Shown here piece by piece: positions 30,831-45,292 of a DNA stretch of 64,000 nucleotides (its first letter is position 1; each line of letters opens with the position of its first letter). Where the stretch lies: contig OX597814.1 of assembly GCA_951406725.2 (NCBI GenBank), positions 211,296,001-211,360,000 on the forward strand, given 5' to 3'. The notes below the pieces were generated by a model, which did not search any database, was not told where the DNA came from, and saw nothing but the letters and a program-made list of their open reading frames with translations. The DNA is from Octopus vulgaris. Taxonomy: Eukaryota. Both the position numbers and the translations under genes were made by a program.

Positions 30831-31596
30831 ACGTCGCATATCATATACAGAACTATTTGTTTATGCCGCCGCTATATTATGTATAATCAATTCTAGAAAA
30901 AATATACATATATGATAGCAACATCAATAATATCCATTTCACAGAAACTACTCGCTTATTCTCGAATATATTTTATAAATATCATTCATAACTTATGTTA
31001 CGTACAAATTATAAATACCTCCGCTTTCTAATACGGTATGCGATAGTTAGTATCACTCTTTTCCTAGCTTTCATCTTTTTATATAATAACATGCTGGGTG
31101 TTTCTTCTTAAACATAACCTTGACATATTATTACTCTTATATTTGAATAACCACTCATTTTATACATGGAAACATCTCTAAAATTATGTATCACTAATTT
31201 TCACGTCATATCACATTACTGCATGAATATAATATACCTAAACATCAATCTGGTGTCTCTCACAGACGTGACTCTGTTCACAGTCAGCAATATACACCAC
31301 CAGCTCTACTGACGATAAAAGAGTCTTACGTGCAATCAAGGACTCTGAAGATATCTCGAAGATACAGAAAAGTTTGAAGTAATATACAATTGGGCTGAAG
31401 AACTGAGATTAGAAGACAGTGTTAGAATTTCAGTGTTAGAGTCAATGCACAGCTTGGTAATTCAGCAACAATAGTACCAAACCAAGAGGATTGTCTCCGT
31501 GCAATAGGTGGACTAATGGGGAACGTTAAGAGCTGTGGTTCTACTGCGTGGAGAGAAAACACAAAAGGTATGCATTGATATATATATATATATATA

Positions 31597-31800
31597 GTTA
31601 ATCCAAACATGAAAACACAAAGAGAAAACACAACAACGCGAGGACGTGGAACAAATATAGAATTATTGGACGGTCAGGAAGGAAGGGAAGAAGGAGGGTT
31701 TAACGTTTCGAGCGGAGCACTTCCTCAGAAACATAGGAAAAGGAAAGATCCAGAGAAGGGAAGGCGGAGGAAAAAAATCGCCAACGGTACACACGCGGTC

Positions 31801-31803
<3 letters not shown>
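31597..31803 (-). mobile_element. Hammerhead-bearing non-coding element in (AT)n (copy 2)
   Basis: High identity to 24909-25081; (AT)n at 31578-31596 and 31804-31849. Confidence 0.75.
31698..31732 (-). ncRNA. Minimal type I hammerhead ribozyme motif with intact core
   Basis: Minus strand: GUUU-CUGAGGA-A-GUGC-UCC-GCUC-GAAACGUU-AAAC, with one stem II mismatch. Confidence 0.65.
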
Positions 31804-31849
<46 letters not shown>

Positions 31850-33641
31850 AGATTCTAGAATGTCTAGAACCTCCCTGTGTGATTGTAAGCTATACCAATC
31901 ACCAAACATGATGTCACTGTATAATATTTAATATCTCGGCCAGAGTAATAGCATAACACTCCAAGGGTTTAGTGATCAAACGCTCTCACCTGTTCAGTAT
32001 CATTTCAAAAGGCCTCAGACCTACCTAGTATACATGTGGATGGGTTCAGAGGAATATAAGGCAGCTATATAGCTGATGTAACAGATTAATTTGTATAATG
32101 GCAAGCAAAGCATAGGTTAACACATCCTAACTTACTACTTTACCAGGACTGATATCGGATACTGGACCCGAGAGTGGCACTAAACTAAATAAGTACTAGT
32201 GCTAATGGCGGTTCCACACCACAGCCACAGTCTCTGACTAAAATCGATAATACAATAATTAAGAGAGAGAGACAGATATACAGAGACAGTAAGAGAGAAA
32301 GAGAGAGGACAAACTACATTCTTCCAAATAAAAACACAAGGAACATATTATTTCTGGTTCAACATTATAAGTTCTCCGCCGAGATAAGTAGGAAGTACTG
32401 CACAGGATTCTTTGGAATAAATAATTTATTATAGAATAGCAGGAGAACGAAGAAAATATCAAATATTAAAAGTAAGAAACTGCGAGAAAACTACGCTAAA
32501 ATTCCGCGTTTACTTGCTAAACAAGGACAGATTCGGAATCTTCATGGCTGTGTTCTGAAGGCTTATATAGACGAGACAGGATTTTAATCTTAAACTGTCT
32601 AAAAAGTAGACCTGATCTCCGGCGAAATAGGCAGTCCAGTTAGAGGTGATTCTTTTGCAGAGTTTATGTCTACCTATTTATATTCAAAATGTTTCTGTCG
32701 GCATGAAACTATGCAAGAAGACACTTTGTCAATATGACGTGTAATGTGTCATAACAAAACAACCACGTGATTGCGAAGTAAATTTCTGAACAACATCTCC
32801 ATTTTTATACTTTAGTCTTCAAGAAATAATGGTGAACTATAGCACTTAACTTATTTACTCTCTTTGATGTTTTGAATACTATTTAGAAAGAGCTCATGCT
32901 CCAACTTGCAAACTTTTTAGATTTATTATTCTCTCACTCTTGCTCTTTCTCTTTTCTTTCTTTCATTTTCTCTGCTCTTCTTTCCTCTCCCAAAACCTTT
33001 GCACTTTGTGTTTAGTGTCCTACAAAAAAGTGTGTTATAGCAAAATTCGGAGCTATCATGAAAGAAACAATAGCTTTTTTATGCCTTTCTCTGCGCATTT
33101 ATCTACGTACATGTTGGCATGTGTGCAAATAGTTATGTTAGTGCAATTATTGTACGTATTTGTTTGTATAGACCAAGTTCTGCAATCAATGAAAAACCAG
33201 CTGCTTCATTTTCTAACATAAATCTGTACATACTGATAACCCTGTGTGACATATCATTAATGCCATCATGCTTGCCTGTCAACAGACAGAAGTCTAGCTA
33301 AAATACTTCTTAGTATTCACTTCCTATAATGCATAATATAAAGACAGCATTAGGACTTCGTATAAAAGATATAATAAAAGAAGCAGCACTGAATAGTTCT
33401 CAAAGTATTAATGAACCCATGCCTATTCTTTACTTGAAGTTATTCATTACATCATTGCTTTCATTCTAAGTAGGATTTCGTCACGTGGATCACTTCCTAT
33501 GTGTTACCATTAAAATGATGACTAATCTGTTTCAATTTTTTCTCAACACTCATAAGCACATGCATAAACATACACACACACATACACACACACATATATA
33601 TGTCGATGTATGTATGCATTTATATATATATATACATATAT

Positions 33642-33726
<85 letters not shown>

Positions 33727-34542
33727 CATATATACATACATGTCTATACATATATACATATATATATATATATACATATGTGATACATATATATGTGCGT
33801 GTGTTTGTGTGTGTGTGTGTGTGTGTGTTGATGAATGTATTCATCCGTCTACTTAGTGTTTTTTTCTCAATATACATATGCCACTAGCTAGACATCCTTC
33901 TTTCTCTCATTATTTTATTATCTTTCTTTATACAGAAACATATACACATCAACACTATAGGCAAGCTTATAAGCATACATGTTTATGAAATGATATGGTT
34001 TCGGATGTATGTAGTATGCATACACATATTCATACACATGCAGATATACGTTAGTTATTTCTGTGTGTAAGACACGATTTTCAGTCGATGAACAATACGT
34101 TAAGTATAAAACGCATTGATTTCTATCGTCTATTTCCTTTCTTTATCTTTTCATCACATTTCCATCTTCTCTGAAACTGTCTGATAGATTACTGCTTCAG
34201 CACTAAACAAGTATTAATAGTTAAATACATTCATAAATATACCGACACATGAGACGACACACAAGAAACTAGCATAGATAAACCCGCGTATTTACGCAGG
34301 GTTACTTAGCTAGTCATTATGTCGGTGACGTCGTATGGACTGACCGTGTAAATTAAATTCTTAGACTTGTGTAGAATCGATTCTACATGAGCATTGCTTT
34401 AAGATTACACGCTTTTTGTGGATTACTAAACAACTTATAACTCAGTGAGCAAGCAGCACGTTTAATGAAACACGTACATGATTCTTCCCTACATTTGACA
34501 GAAATCCTTCCATATTACTGTGTGCCTACTCTCTGTGTGTAT

Positions 34543-34723
<181 letters not shown>

Positions 34724-37700
34724 CAAACATATGTATGTATGTATGTATAAAACTAAACTACATTGCTAACTCTTATATCATAATTAAACATCCGCATGCA
34801 TATTGCAACAAATATTTGCCTTTTTGTGATTTTTTTATAAATATGAAACACTGCAATTAAAAACATGGCAAGACATAGATACAGTCTTTCATTGAAAAAC
34901 AAAATAGAAACAGAGAAATCAAAGTGAAGTGGAAAACCCGAAGCAATGACAAATCTGTAAGGCTAACGTAAACCACAGAAAATTATAGAATCTGATAAAA
35001 ATCCTTTGCTCGGATTATTCGCAGAGAAATCACTTCCACGCATCGGTAATAATATAATACGTAAGATAAACTTCTGTCGTGGCAGAATGGGATTCATTTG
35101 GGTCTTATATTTGCTGGAATAGAATTGAGATCATTGTCCTCAGGCTCCGTATGCGTTCGTGATAATGAAGATGAATGATACAAGAGAATTACGTCGAGAT
35201 TATTGTCTTAGGTGTTAACAGTAATCAACTTTGTCGAAGAATGGAACTTTCTTAGAATGGCCATCATATCAACGAAGAAAATCACGTAAAATCTATTTAC
35301 CGCAATAAAGGTCGATGTTTCAGTTTGGTTAGGAAAATGCAAAATTCAAACTTAAAATATTGGAATACCTGCAGTCTTGATATTTTCTCGGAAATACAAC
35401 ATTGCATTGAAAGTCAACACTAGTGTTAAACATAATGACAGCAAAGTGTTTTCAGATAGGGTATTGATATATACATAGCATCATCAATTTCCTTTGTATG
35501 GTAAATACCAGTCATTCGATCTATTGCTACCTTTCCTATTGCTACCTTGAACCGATCTATTGCTACCTTTAACGCATATGTGTGCGTGTTAAATGAAACC
35601 GTCAGTCATTTCTAGAAATACTTCTTGTATGCATTTATACAAAGTGTGTGTGTGCACATATATATAAATTTATATAGATAGCTATCCAGTTAAATAGTTA
35701 GACAGCTAGATAGCTACATAGATTGAGAGAGATAGAGAGTGAGAGAGAGAATGAGAGAGGTGGAGGTAGATATTACCGACCTGTATTAAAGTTTTATTTT
35801 AAAGAGATATTTTTTAAATGTGTCGTTAACATTTATTGAACAGTGTGATTCCAAATATACAGCCATTATTCTGAACATTCTTACGACTCAAAATGACATA
35901 GTAGATTTTTCCTTCCATTATGTTCCATCTCTTAGAATATGCATTTGTCAAAAATATAAATTATTCATAAGGAAAAACATTAAGATTTCAGAACTGAAAT
36001 GTTCTTAAATTTTATTCAAACTTCGATGAAAATCCTCTACAAAAGAATATAAGTGGTATTAAATCATTAGAACGCCCGTGCACCAATTTTATAGTGTTAA
36101 CTTTTCAAATGATGTGTTAAATATTCTTAGAATGTTCATACATTTATGTTCTCCTCCCGAACAAAAAGCCGATTAATATGAATATATTTATTGCTGCAAC
36201 ATCTAGCTATTAATGTATTTGGATTCTATACGGAGCGTTGCGAGCGGATAGTACAAACAAGTACGGTTCGTGATGCGTTTTTCTTTTGATACAAGGAACC
36301 AGTGGATTTCACTTACACCACAATCCACTTCGGAAATAGAAGAGTAAAATATGAATACAACGGTTTGCCTCAAAATTGTCTCTACAGGGTAAATACTATT
36401 ATTAAAGCAACACTATTCTTGAGCGCATTTCCGTTTTCCTTTGGCCTTTTTGTTATCTAGAACATTATAAAACGTTTCGTTTTCTTTGAATAGGCACGTT
36501 GTATTTTGTAGTTGCCTCGATCATAATATGTAGCACAGGACAGCGATCATCTGGAAGAATTGTCGTTTATAGGTATTTTTCTACATAGTCAAAACAGTAA
36601 GCGAACCCCATTTATTTTTCATACAATAATGTAATAAATTCATTGGTATTAGCAAATTTACGAATGGTCTCTTTCTCTGCGTTACGTAAAAGAACCTTGG
36701 AAATTTACTTTCTCTGATAAGTATCGCTGTTCTTAAACGCTCGATATAAAATGCGATTTGCACAAATATTTCTGTCCCGCGTTACACATGAATCTGAATT
36801 TAAAAAATAATGAAAAATGACAATAGAAAGAAAATCACTTAATGTATATAATTTAGTGCTCCACTTCCTCGAACTGCCCGAATAAAAGTATGCTGTGCCG
36901 TTAAACGAGAGATACGGAAACATAAAACTAGGGAATTATGGCTACTGAGAAAACCTTGAAGTAAGCTTCAGAGTTTCAAATTGTGTGTCATATACTAAAG
37001 TCAGAACCCAATATAGGGAGGTGTCATTATATTCAAAAGAGACTATCTCGTGAGTCAGCAATTAGCCCCTCGCTCTGCGTAACATAATTGGGTTCGACCA
37101 GTCTAGATGAGCTAATTGGCTAGATCACAGCGTGTAAACTTTGCTACTGGCCAGCTCTTTATTTTAATATCTTGATGGATATATTTGCCAAAAGATTACT
37201 ATTGAGAAATATAGTAAATTGAAAGAAACGCCCCGCACATAAAACTAAATACTGGAAGGTATTTATTATGACTCTTCTTCTCATTGTATTTATAGCAATA
37301 ATAATTAATTATAACATGAAGGAAGTATTGGAAGGAAAGGTTAAAGGGAAGAAAATTGGCTACTTATAATTTCTTAACAAGCAATTATCCAATAATAGTA
37401 ATTATCTCATCGAAATCGTAAATTCCATTAACATCTTCAAATGGACATTAAGTTATTGCTCGCACGGTTACATATACACAGATTCAGATATACAGACACT
37501 AAAACTCATACATATACAAACACACATGCGCACACACACACACGCAAACACACATACACACTTATATAGTCATATAGTCATACATATACAAACATCATCA
37601 GAACTTAACTTATAATTTAAAATTTTGATTTCATAATTTGGCACAGGGTAACAAATCTCATTGACAGTCAATATAGCTGACAGAAGCTGAATATTGTTTG

Positions 37701-38161
37701 AAAACATAAGCTAGGGTGAGATAGAGAGAGAGAGAGAGAGAGAGGGAGGAGTGAAGAAACGTAAGGAATAGCTCAAACTGCACCGGAGTAAACATTAACA
37801 GTGATGTCATTTTCAAATGTAGTACTCATTGAATGTTATCAACTTTTAGAACGTACGTGCATCTATAATCTACGCTCGATTTAATTGAATTTCCGCAACA
37901 TCTTAAATTTTAAAACACTATTCTCAACAATAATTCCATGTTGGTTTTACTTATTTAAAGAATACATAGTTACATATGGTATATATCAAAACGTGAGAAG
38001 CGAGCAGTGCTTTAGGCACTAGCAAAATAGCAAAATAGTTTTGTGGCATATTTCAACTGCTAAAAGGCAAATACACTGCAGTGGAGAAAATGCCTCCCTT
38101 ATGGTAAAAGGTGTGAAAACACTCACTGTGTTGAAATCAGTATTCTGTATCGGAATTAAGA

Positions 38162-38370
38162 TGGTGAGCTGATACAATATTTACCACGGTGGGTATAAAG
38201 CTTAGAATCATTACGTCAAACATTAGTTTCTGAGTTATAATGCAGCTGAGGTCAGCTTTGTCTTTCACCCGTTTGGGGTAGCCAAATAAGTACCAATTAA
38301 GCACTGGTACCAATGGAAACGACTTAAATCCTCTTTCTAAACTGATGGTGTTGTGCCAAAATTTGCAAAC
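38162..38370 (+). mobile_element. SINE family B, degenerate (alternative tail)
   Basis: GAGGTCAGCTTTGTCTTTCACCCGTTTGGGGTAGCCAAATAAGTACC...TTGTGCCAAAATTTG. Confidence 0.75.
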
Positions 38371-41300
38371 GATAATCTTTATCCGAATACAAATACTTAT
38401 AAATTATATCTTCCTCGGAGGAATCAGTACTCGTATAACCTTGAGAGTCATAATATTATTGAAAAAATGATATTAATATTGATGCAAATAGATTATTACA
38501 TGAAAAATGGAAGCAAACTGAAACAATGAAGACAAAACGAAGATCCTCATGAAAATGATTGGGTATTTAGTGCATTAATTGCGGCCTTGGAAATGGTTAA
38601 ACATAGGCAACGGTATGTAAGAGAAGAAGCTAAGAGAAATTACAGTTTTCTAGACCAGAGCTTTGCGAGTGACTATGAGTAATTTCGTGGCAATTTATCG
38701 GATGCCTTTAATTTTCTTTTTTTCTTTTTTGTTTCCTTGTGTGTGGGGGAATTTATCCAGGGCCTGCATGGGTGTGATTGTGTTAGGATCTTTGATATCC
38801 ATTCATGCATTTATGAAGAGTGACAGTGAAACCAAGTGCTTCAAGTGATCCCAAAGACACTTATCGTCTGCTGGTAATGTTTAAAGTGACTCATTTTCTG
38901 CACGAAAATTTGGTAGATGTTAAATGTTTTTCGGAGACGAATATTTTGATCTGGATTAAGCAGCGTTTGATCCCGGATCTTAGATAACAAGAAAAGCAGA
39001 GGGAAAGGCTTGTTGTCATGTTTTCGAGTGCATTAGTAATAAATATAACTGGTTCGTATCATCATAGACCTTTTTATTAGAGACAACATTGAAGAGAATA
39101 ATAAATGACAAATTGAAATGTTATGGATGGAATATTTGTCACATAGAAAGTTAGCGACTATTTAACAATGTTACTATTTTCTATGTATTGAAAAACTATT
39201 TATGTTGTATTTTACAAAAAAAGTGTGCAAATTACAGTGAATATCACTGCATTGCATATGTAACTGTTCCTAAATTGGCGATAGTCAAAACGACTATGCA
39301 AGATTTAATCCAGAGTTTATTTATATATCAAAGAGTATGTGGTCGTAATAGTTGTAGTAACACATTTGTGTGATCGGAGTATTAGAACACATACTAATAG
39401 TGTTGGTTCTTATATACACTGCTCTACGGTTATGTAAATATTAAAATCTGAACTGTCACTTGACTCTTTGCGTACTTGTGAGTGAATGCAGAGAGAAGAA
39501 AGTATCATTAAATCAAACGACAAACTTAACAGAGAATAGATTAGTATAAATAATAGCATTAAATTCCGTAATTACTTGTAGTCATTAGAGATATCCTATT
39601 GGGAAAGAGGAATGATCAATATTATTTTTATTATACCATACTGACAAAGTTATATACGATCCAATATCATGGAAAATACTATTAATGAACATTTCATCAG
39701 TGATTTTGACTTAGCTTCTTTGTGATTAAAAGAGAAATACTAACTATACAAATAGCATTCTTTTAAGCATTGGTGCAAATCAGGAAAGGTATCATAGGTG
39801 AGGCCAATATCAGCGCAAAACTCTCAGCATAAAACTGCTACATATGTTATTAACATCTTCGGGGACAAAGAAGAAGTCGACCTTCAACAATAAGCTAACC
39901 GTAATTGATAATTAAATAAGCTCGTTTTACTAAATCATTTTCAGTTATGTGAACGATCCTTACATGTTATTACATTAAACTAATCTCTAGATAATGGAAG
40001 AATTGTATTAAATACTTGTTTAAATGGTCTAACTTTCTTTTCCCCCACGCACTGGCTTTAAGTTTGCCAGAAGGTAAGTCTTTCATCATACATGCATATT
40101 AATCATATCTGCCTGACGATATAGTCCAGTTCACCTTTCTCGTATAATTTCTTATGAGAAAGTGATAAATCAATATGAATTACAATCAAACACCAAGCCT
40201 GTCATCTGAATTTCTGGGAATATATAAACTAGCTAGATATGAATAGAGACGATCAATTGCTTGGACTCAAGTCTTACAATGTCAGGCAAATTAAATCGAT
40301 ATTTATAACATCAAAACATTTATGAAATCAGTCTATCCGTAGGAAAGCAATGATCACTCACAATCTTAAGGGGACAACATCGAAATCTCCGAAAAACATT
40401 TGAAACTATAGAGGGAAGCATATTCTTCTGGTAACTGCCAAAGAACAAGTAGGGTTAAATAATCGGAGTAGATATTGCACTATTTCTAAGGAAATCCAAC
40501 TCAATGAGTGCAACATTTGTTTGTCTATATCCTATGACTATCTGTATATTTGTCCAGTAACAGTAGCATTTATTTCAAAATTTCACCCGGAGATGTAAGT
40601 AAATAGCATGGAAAGGGTCAATTCCTCTCCTGAAATCTACCTGATGTCCTTAGATGTCTTCATAGTCGAAGAAAGAAACATTATATACTGCTATAATGGA
40701 GCCAATAATTTATTTTCTAAACAGTTGGAATGATTTATCAGACATTTTACTTTGTGTGGAACTTTAGATGTAAACTTGATATTAAACACCAAACTCGAGT
40801 CATTATCTTAATGAATATGTAAAGCGTTATCGTCGTTGATTTTGTTCTATGATATATTACAAAGAAGCAATACTAATATTTAATTAACTCTTTTGAGTGT
40901 CAGAGGTGTCTTCTCTATTCAGATATATTTGTATTCCACATTCAAATCTTCTTGTTATTGAATTTTTATTTCTCTTACTAAATTGGAAAGGATAACTCTC
41001 ACTTGAAGAAGGGTTTCCATTTAATCGATTGCGGACCTTTCCTAAAAATGTATCCTCTATCCTTGAAGAATTAATTGCTGATAGAAAGTTCGAAGATAGA
41101 TATCTATTTTCTTCATATATTTTTGATATATTTATGCTTGGTACTACATATTTCTCCAATATTACCATGGACATCATTACATGTAGCATCCTCCAGTATT
41201 ATCACCTACTTTAAGTAAATAAAATATAACCTAATTTTCAAATACAGCCTGATGAAAATTTCAGTTCTCAGAAGGATCAATGAAAATAAAACCAACTTAA

Positions 41301-41747
41301 GGTTCATATTACATTGTATAATTAATTTTAATCTCACAGGCTATTAATACCGACCTAACCTGAATAAACTTTCTGCCGTCATAAACGAAGTGAAATTAAA
41401 ACGATAGCTTATAGTAGCATTTGTGGAGTCATTCCCAACTGTTGCACACCCGTCAGTAAACACAGTGCATAATCAGTTTCAGCGACAGGCAATGCCTAAT
41501 GGAGTGGAAACTGGCAATACACCATGGAGAGATCTGGTACCTATTCTTGGGAACGAGATGAAGTGAAGCAAAGTAAAATATAGTAATTCTCTTTAGAGGC
41601 GTAATGGAGACTCAGCAATTGATTTCAGTTCATCAGTCATCTGCAATTAGTCCCATATGCTAAGTACTCATAGTGGATTCTATACGAACTGCAAATATAT
41701 TAGATACTATGTCAGTAGTTATGGATTAAAATGATGGGAGTTGTATA

Positions 41748-41896
41748 GGCGCAGGAGTGGCTGTGTGGTAAGTAGCTTGCTTACCAACCATATGGTGGTA
41801 CCTTGCGCTGGTGTCTTCTGCTATGGCCCCGGGCCGACCAAAGCCTTGTGAGTGGATTTGGTAGACGGAAACTGAAAGAAGCCTGTCGTATATATG

Positions 41897-41929
<33 letters not shown>

Positions 41930-42150
41930 GTGTGTATATGTTTGTGTGTCAGTGTTTGTCCCTCTAGCATTGCTTGACAACCGATGCTGGTGTGTTTACG
42001 TCCCCCCTTAGCGGTTCGGCAAATGAGACCGATAGAATAAGTGAATAAGTACTGGGCTTACAAAGAATAAGTCCTGGAGTAGATTTGCTCGACTAAAGGC
42101 GGTGCTCCAGCATGGCCGCAGTCAAATGACTGAAACAAGTAAAAGAGTAA
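41748..42150 (+). mobile_element. SINE family A (deletion across the B box)
   Basis: GGCGCAGGAGTGGCTGTGTGGTAAG...GGCGGTGCTCCAGCATGGCCGCAGTCAAATGACTGAAACAAGTAAAAGAG. Confidence 0.92.
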
Positions 42151-43099
42151 AAAAGAAAGAGAGAGTATTAGTCTACGTTTTGTCAAATTTAGAAAGATTT
42201 CGTGCAGATATAAACATATCAATGTATTAATCTCACATTATGCCTCTCATCATAAATAATAGAAATATTTCTAAAAGATCTCAGCAGATACTAAAAAAAC
42301 CCAAAAAAACAGAAAATATGAAGGAATATCTAAGCACCGACATCCGTACCTCAAAGGTTATATACTTGTTTCTTGTTCCTTGCCATTAAGAGTTGGAAGC
42401 ATATAACCTTTGTTTCATGCGAATCCAGATGGTATCGTTTTCAGTACATGAGTGTACCAATATGCTTATGTATATTCTGTGTTAGTCTCCGAGTAATTTT
42501 CAAACAATTTCTCACTTGTGTTCACGTGCAAACTAGAAATATTTATCTCCAAATTAGGAAGACTGTGATGTAACGGTCATCACTCACTGTATCTAACTGT
42601 AACTTGATGTGAAATGGATGAAAAATTAAAGAATTACAATCTCAGTTTTACACGTAAATCATAAATTCAGCTGAAGCACTAGATTATGCATCGTATAAAC
42701 ACAACAATTCATTTGTTTGTCTCTATTTTTTGACAGAATTTCAAGGAACTGCTTAGATGAAATCTCACGCAAATTGATGCATAATCACCAACATAACCTA
42801 ATTAAGGCTAGTGTAAGGGAATTATGCTGTTGTACCGATATTATTTTCAATAAATTACGACGAAATCATTCTCTGAGTGAATATGAAAATATTAGGAACT
42901 CAAATGGATTGTAGGGAAACACACACAAAATATTCTTCTATAATATCATTATCGCTAATAGCTTCAATGAAAAATTCAATGTAACATCGATACTATATGC
43001 GTGTATGTGGGCATCTGTGAGTGTATGTGTGTGTTTGTGTGTGTGTGTATGCCGTGTATGGATAAGTATATAGAATCACTGTACAGAAGAATAATGAAA

Positions 43100-44945
43100 G
43101 GAGTCTATGCGCAGATGCAAATATCAAGTTTGGCGTTTACGAATGATCTATAATAACATTCCTCTAAGGAACGATGGTTGCACTAGATGCAAAATGTACA
43201 GCAAGATGGATGGTATCTCTAATAAGAATTGCAGCAACTGAAGCATAAATCTATATTAGAGAAAAGGAAGTATACTAATATAAATATCACAGGAAGCATA
43301 AAATTACAAGACAATTCTGGTTGATGACCCGACGAATCAGGCCAGACAGCTATATCCAAAGATTTATATAGATCTGAGCAGTCTTATATTATGCAGCTTT
43401 TATAATAAGAAATGAAGACAGCTAACATAAAATAAAATAACATAAAAAAGAAAACAGGAAGCTGTTGATTTCTTAGAGAGATCACCATTGAAATTTGGAG
43501 ACATAAATTTTATGTTAAGAGAGGAAAGAATTTGGATTTTCTTTTTAATCTACATTTAAGATTTTGGTTTGCATATTAATCTATCAGATTCATAAAAATG
43601 AACTTTCTAAATATATAATAGGTTCTTGAGAAATATTAGATTATATTGCAAACTGAAAGTGAAGCATAGAGATATAGAACATATTTGTAATTATTATTTG
43701 ACAAAATACTAGTGTTTACGAGAAGTGTGTCCAGTGCGAAACGAAATACTTTACTTTATTTATTAACATCATTTTTCTTGCTGTTAGATTCAAGGCAGGC
43801 TCCGCTTTGATTTTCTTCTTTCCACATTTGAGGACATCATTAATAACCAAGCTTGGAGGAAGAACGACTTCATGAACTGCATCACTTCAGAAACTTTCAT
43901 TTTATTTGAAATATATAGCTTTTGTGATAGCATACCAGGCGACCTTTATTCAAAACTAAGTCTCAAATAATCACTCTGAGTCTTGTATATGAAGTCGGTT
44001 CTCCTATAATACAATGTTGTCCCTGACGGATATTTTCGCTACCTTAATTCCTTCATTTATGTTCTGATGCACCGCTACCCTGCACTTTATAAACAGAAAT
44101 AGCTTCTGTTATAGCTAATGCATATTAATAATTGTTTTGTAATGTGCTGCTAGATTGCTTTTAGTAGTACATGCTTTAATACAGTAAGACATTTTTATGA
44201 TTAATCGCTTATGAAAACCGAGAGTGACTAATATGCTATAGCATATTTTTTGTCGGCAAATAGGGTAAGCGAAGAATTATTCCACTTAACAAACATTGAG
44301 AAGATTCTAAATATCAACTAAAGGCATATATAAAAACAAATACATGCTGGGAAAAATCAATCCATAATGTAAATATTTAAGTACTCTACGAGGATAATAT
44401 TGATTTCAGATTTTGACACAATGCCAGTAGATTCCGGGGAGTGGGTAGGTCAATTTCATCAAAATGGAAGTAGACCTCGGCAGAATTTGAATTCCGAACG
44501 TGAATACAGACGAAATGCCGCCTAGAATTTTCCCCGGTAGGCTAAGGAGTCTGCAACCTTGCCACCTCTGAGAAGGATAATACCGAGAGTAATAACGACT
44601 CACAGGTCCCACAAGATGTTCAGACGTTAAACAGAAACATAGATATCACAAATTATGAATAAAAGGCTGCGTATCAACTGCATGACAATATTTATACCAC
44701 GTAGAACTGAGTAGCGCAATGCAAGCAAAATCCATTTAGCATAATGAGGGTCTTACATCATTCACAAGTGAAGCAAGTACAGGTGGTGAATTAGTGGAAA
44801 CAAAAAAATGTATCTATACCAGAGTGCTTGAAACTGAACATATTGTAAATGATGTGTATGACAAAACTGTCAAATACAAAATGAACACGACTATTGCTTA
44901 AACGGATATGACAAAACCAAACACGACTTCATGAAAACAACTGTC
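43100..44945 (+). pseudogene. Possible very old R2/NeSL-type non-LTR remnant
   Basis: Only isolated motif-like traces: ISSLAFTNDL (LAFADD-like, ~43122-43151) and CLKL..., YCLNGYDKTK (~44825-44925). Confidence 0.2.
44408..44567 (-). mobile_element. SINE family B, degenerate
   Basis: GTAGACCTCGGCAGAATTTGAATTCCGAACGT...GACGAAATGCCGCCTAG. Confidence 0.8.
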
Positions 44946-45211
44946 CGTTTCTTCAGAAATTATATTCTATATTTGGCAATTCCAATTTTCTTTGTTCATT
45001 TCATTATATACTGAGATAATGAGTGGTGGAATCAAATACAACATTGATTGAACATTAGTATATAACAAGTTATTTCATACATACATATGCATACATACAT
45101 GCACGCTTACATACATGCACGCATACATACATGCACGCTTACATACATGGACGCATACATACAAGCAGTTGAAAGACAGACAGAAAGAAAAACATAGACA
45201 GACAGACAGAC

Positions 45212-45292
<81 letters not shown>

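Larger units (their letters stand above)
31240..32258 (+). mobile_element. Decayed CR1-like LINE 3' portion (second, older family), interrupted at 31578-31849
   Basis: Frameshifted motifs in order: (Y)xDDKRVLRAIKDSEDISKIQ..IYNWAEE; WER..FYCVERKHKRYALIYI / KILECLEP..IVSYTN; LFSIISKGLR/DLPSIHVDGF; PNLLLYQ. Then a 3' tail GGCGGTTCCACACCACAGCCACAGTCTCTGACTAAAA. Confidence 0.8.

Noticed and set aside
31306-31372. CTGACGA/CTGAAGA...GAAA as hammerhead cores
   Set aside because: Better explained as the YADD-region codons of the decayed CR1 RT. Stems and spacing are non-canonical.
35518-35570. Three CTATTGCTACCTT repeats as a CRISPR-like or regulatory array
   Set aside because: Short local tandem duplication with no spacers of meaningful length, in a eukaryotic context with no cas genes.
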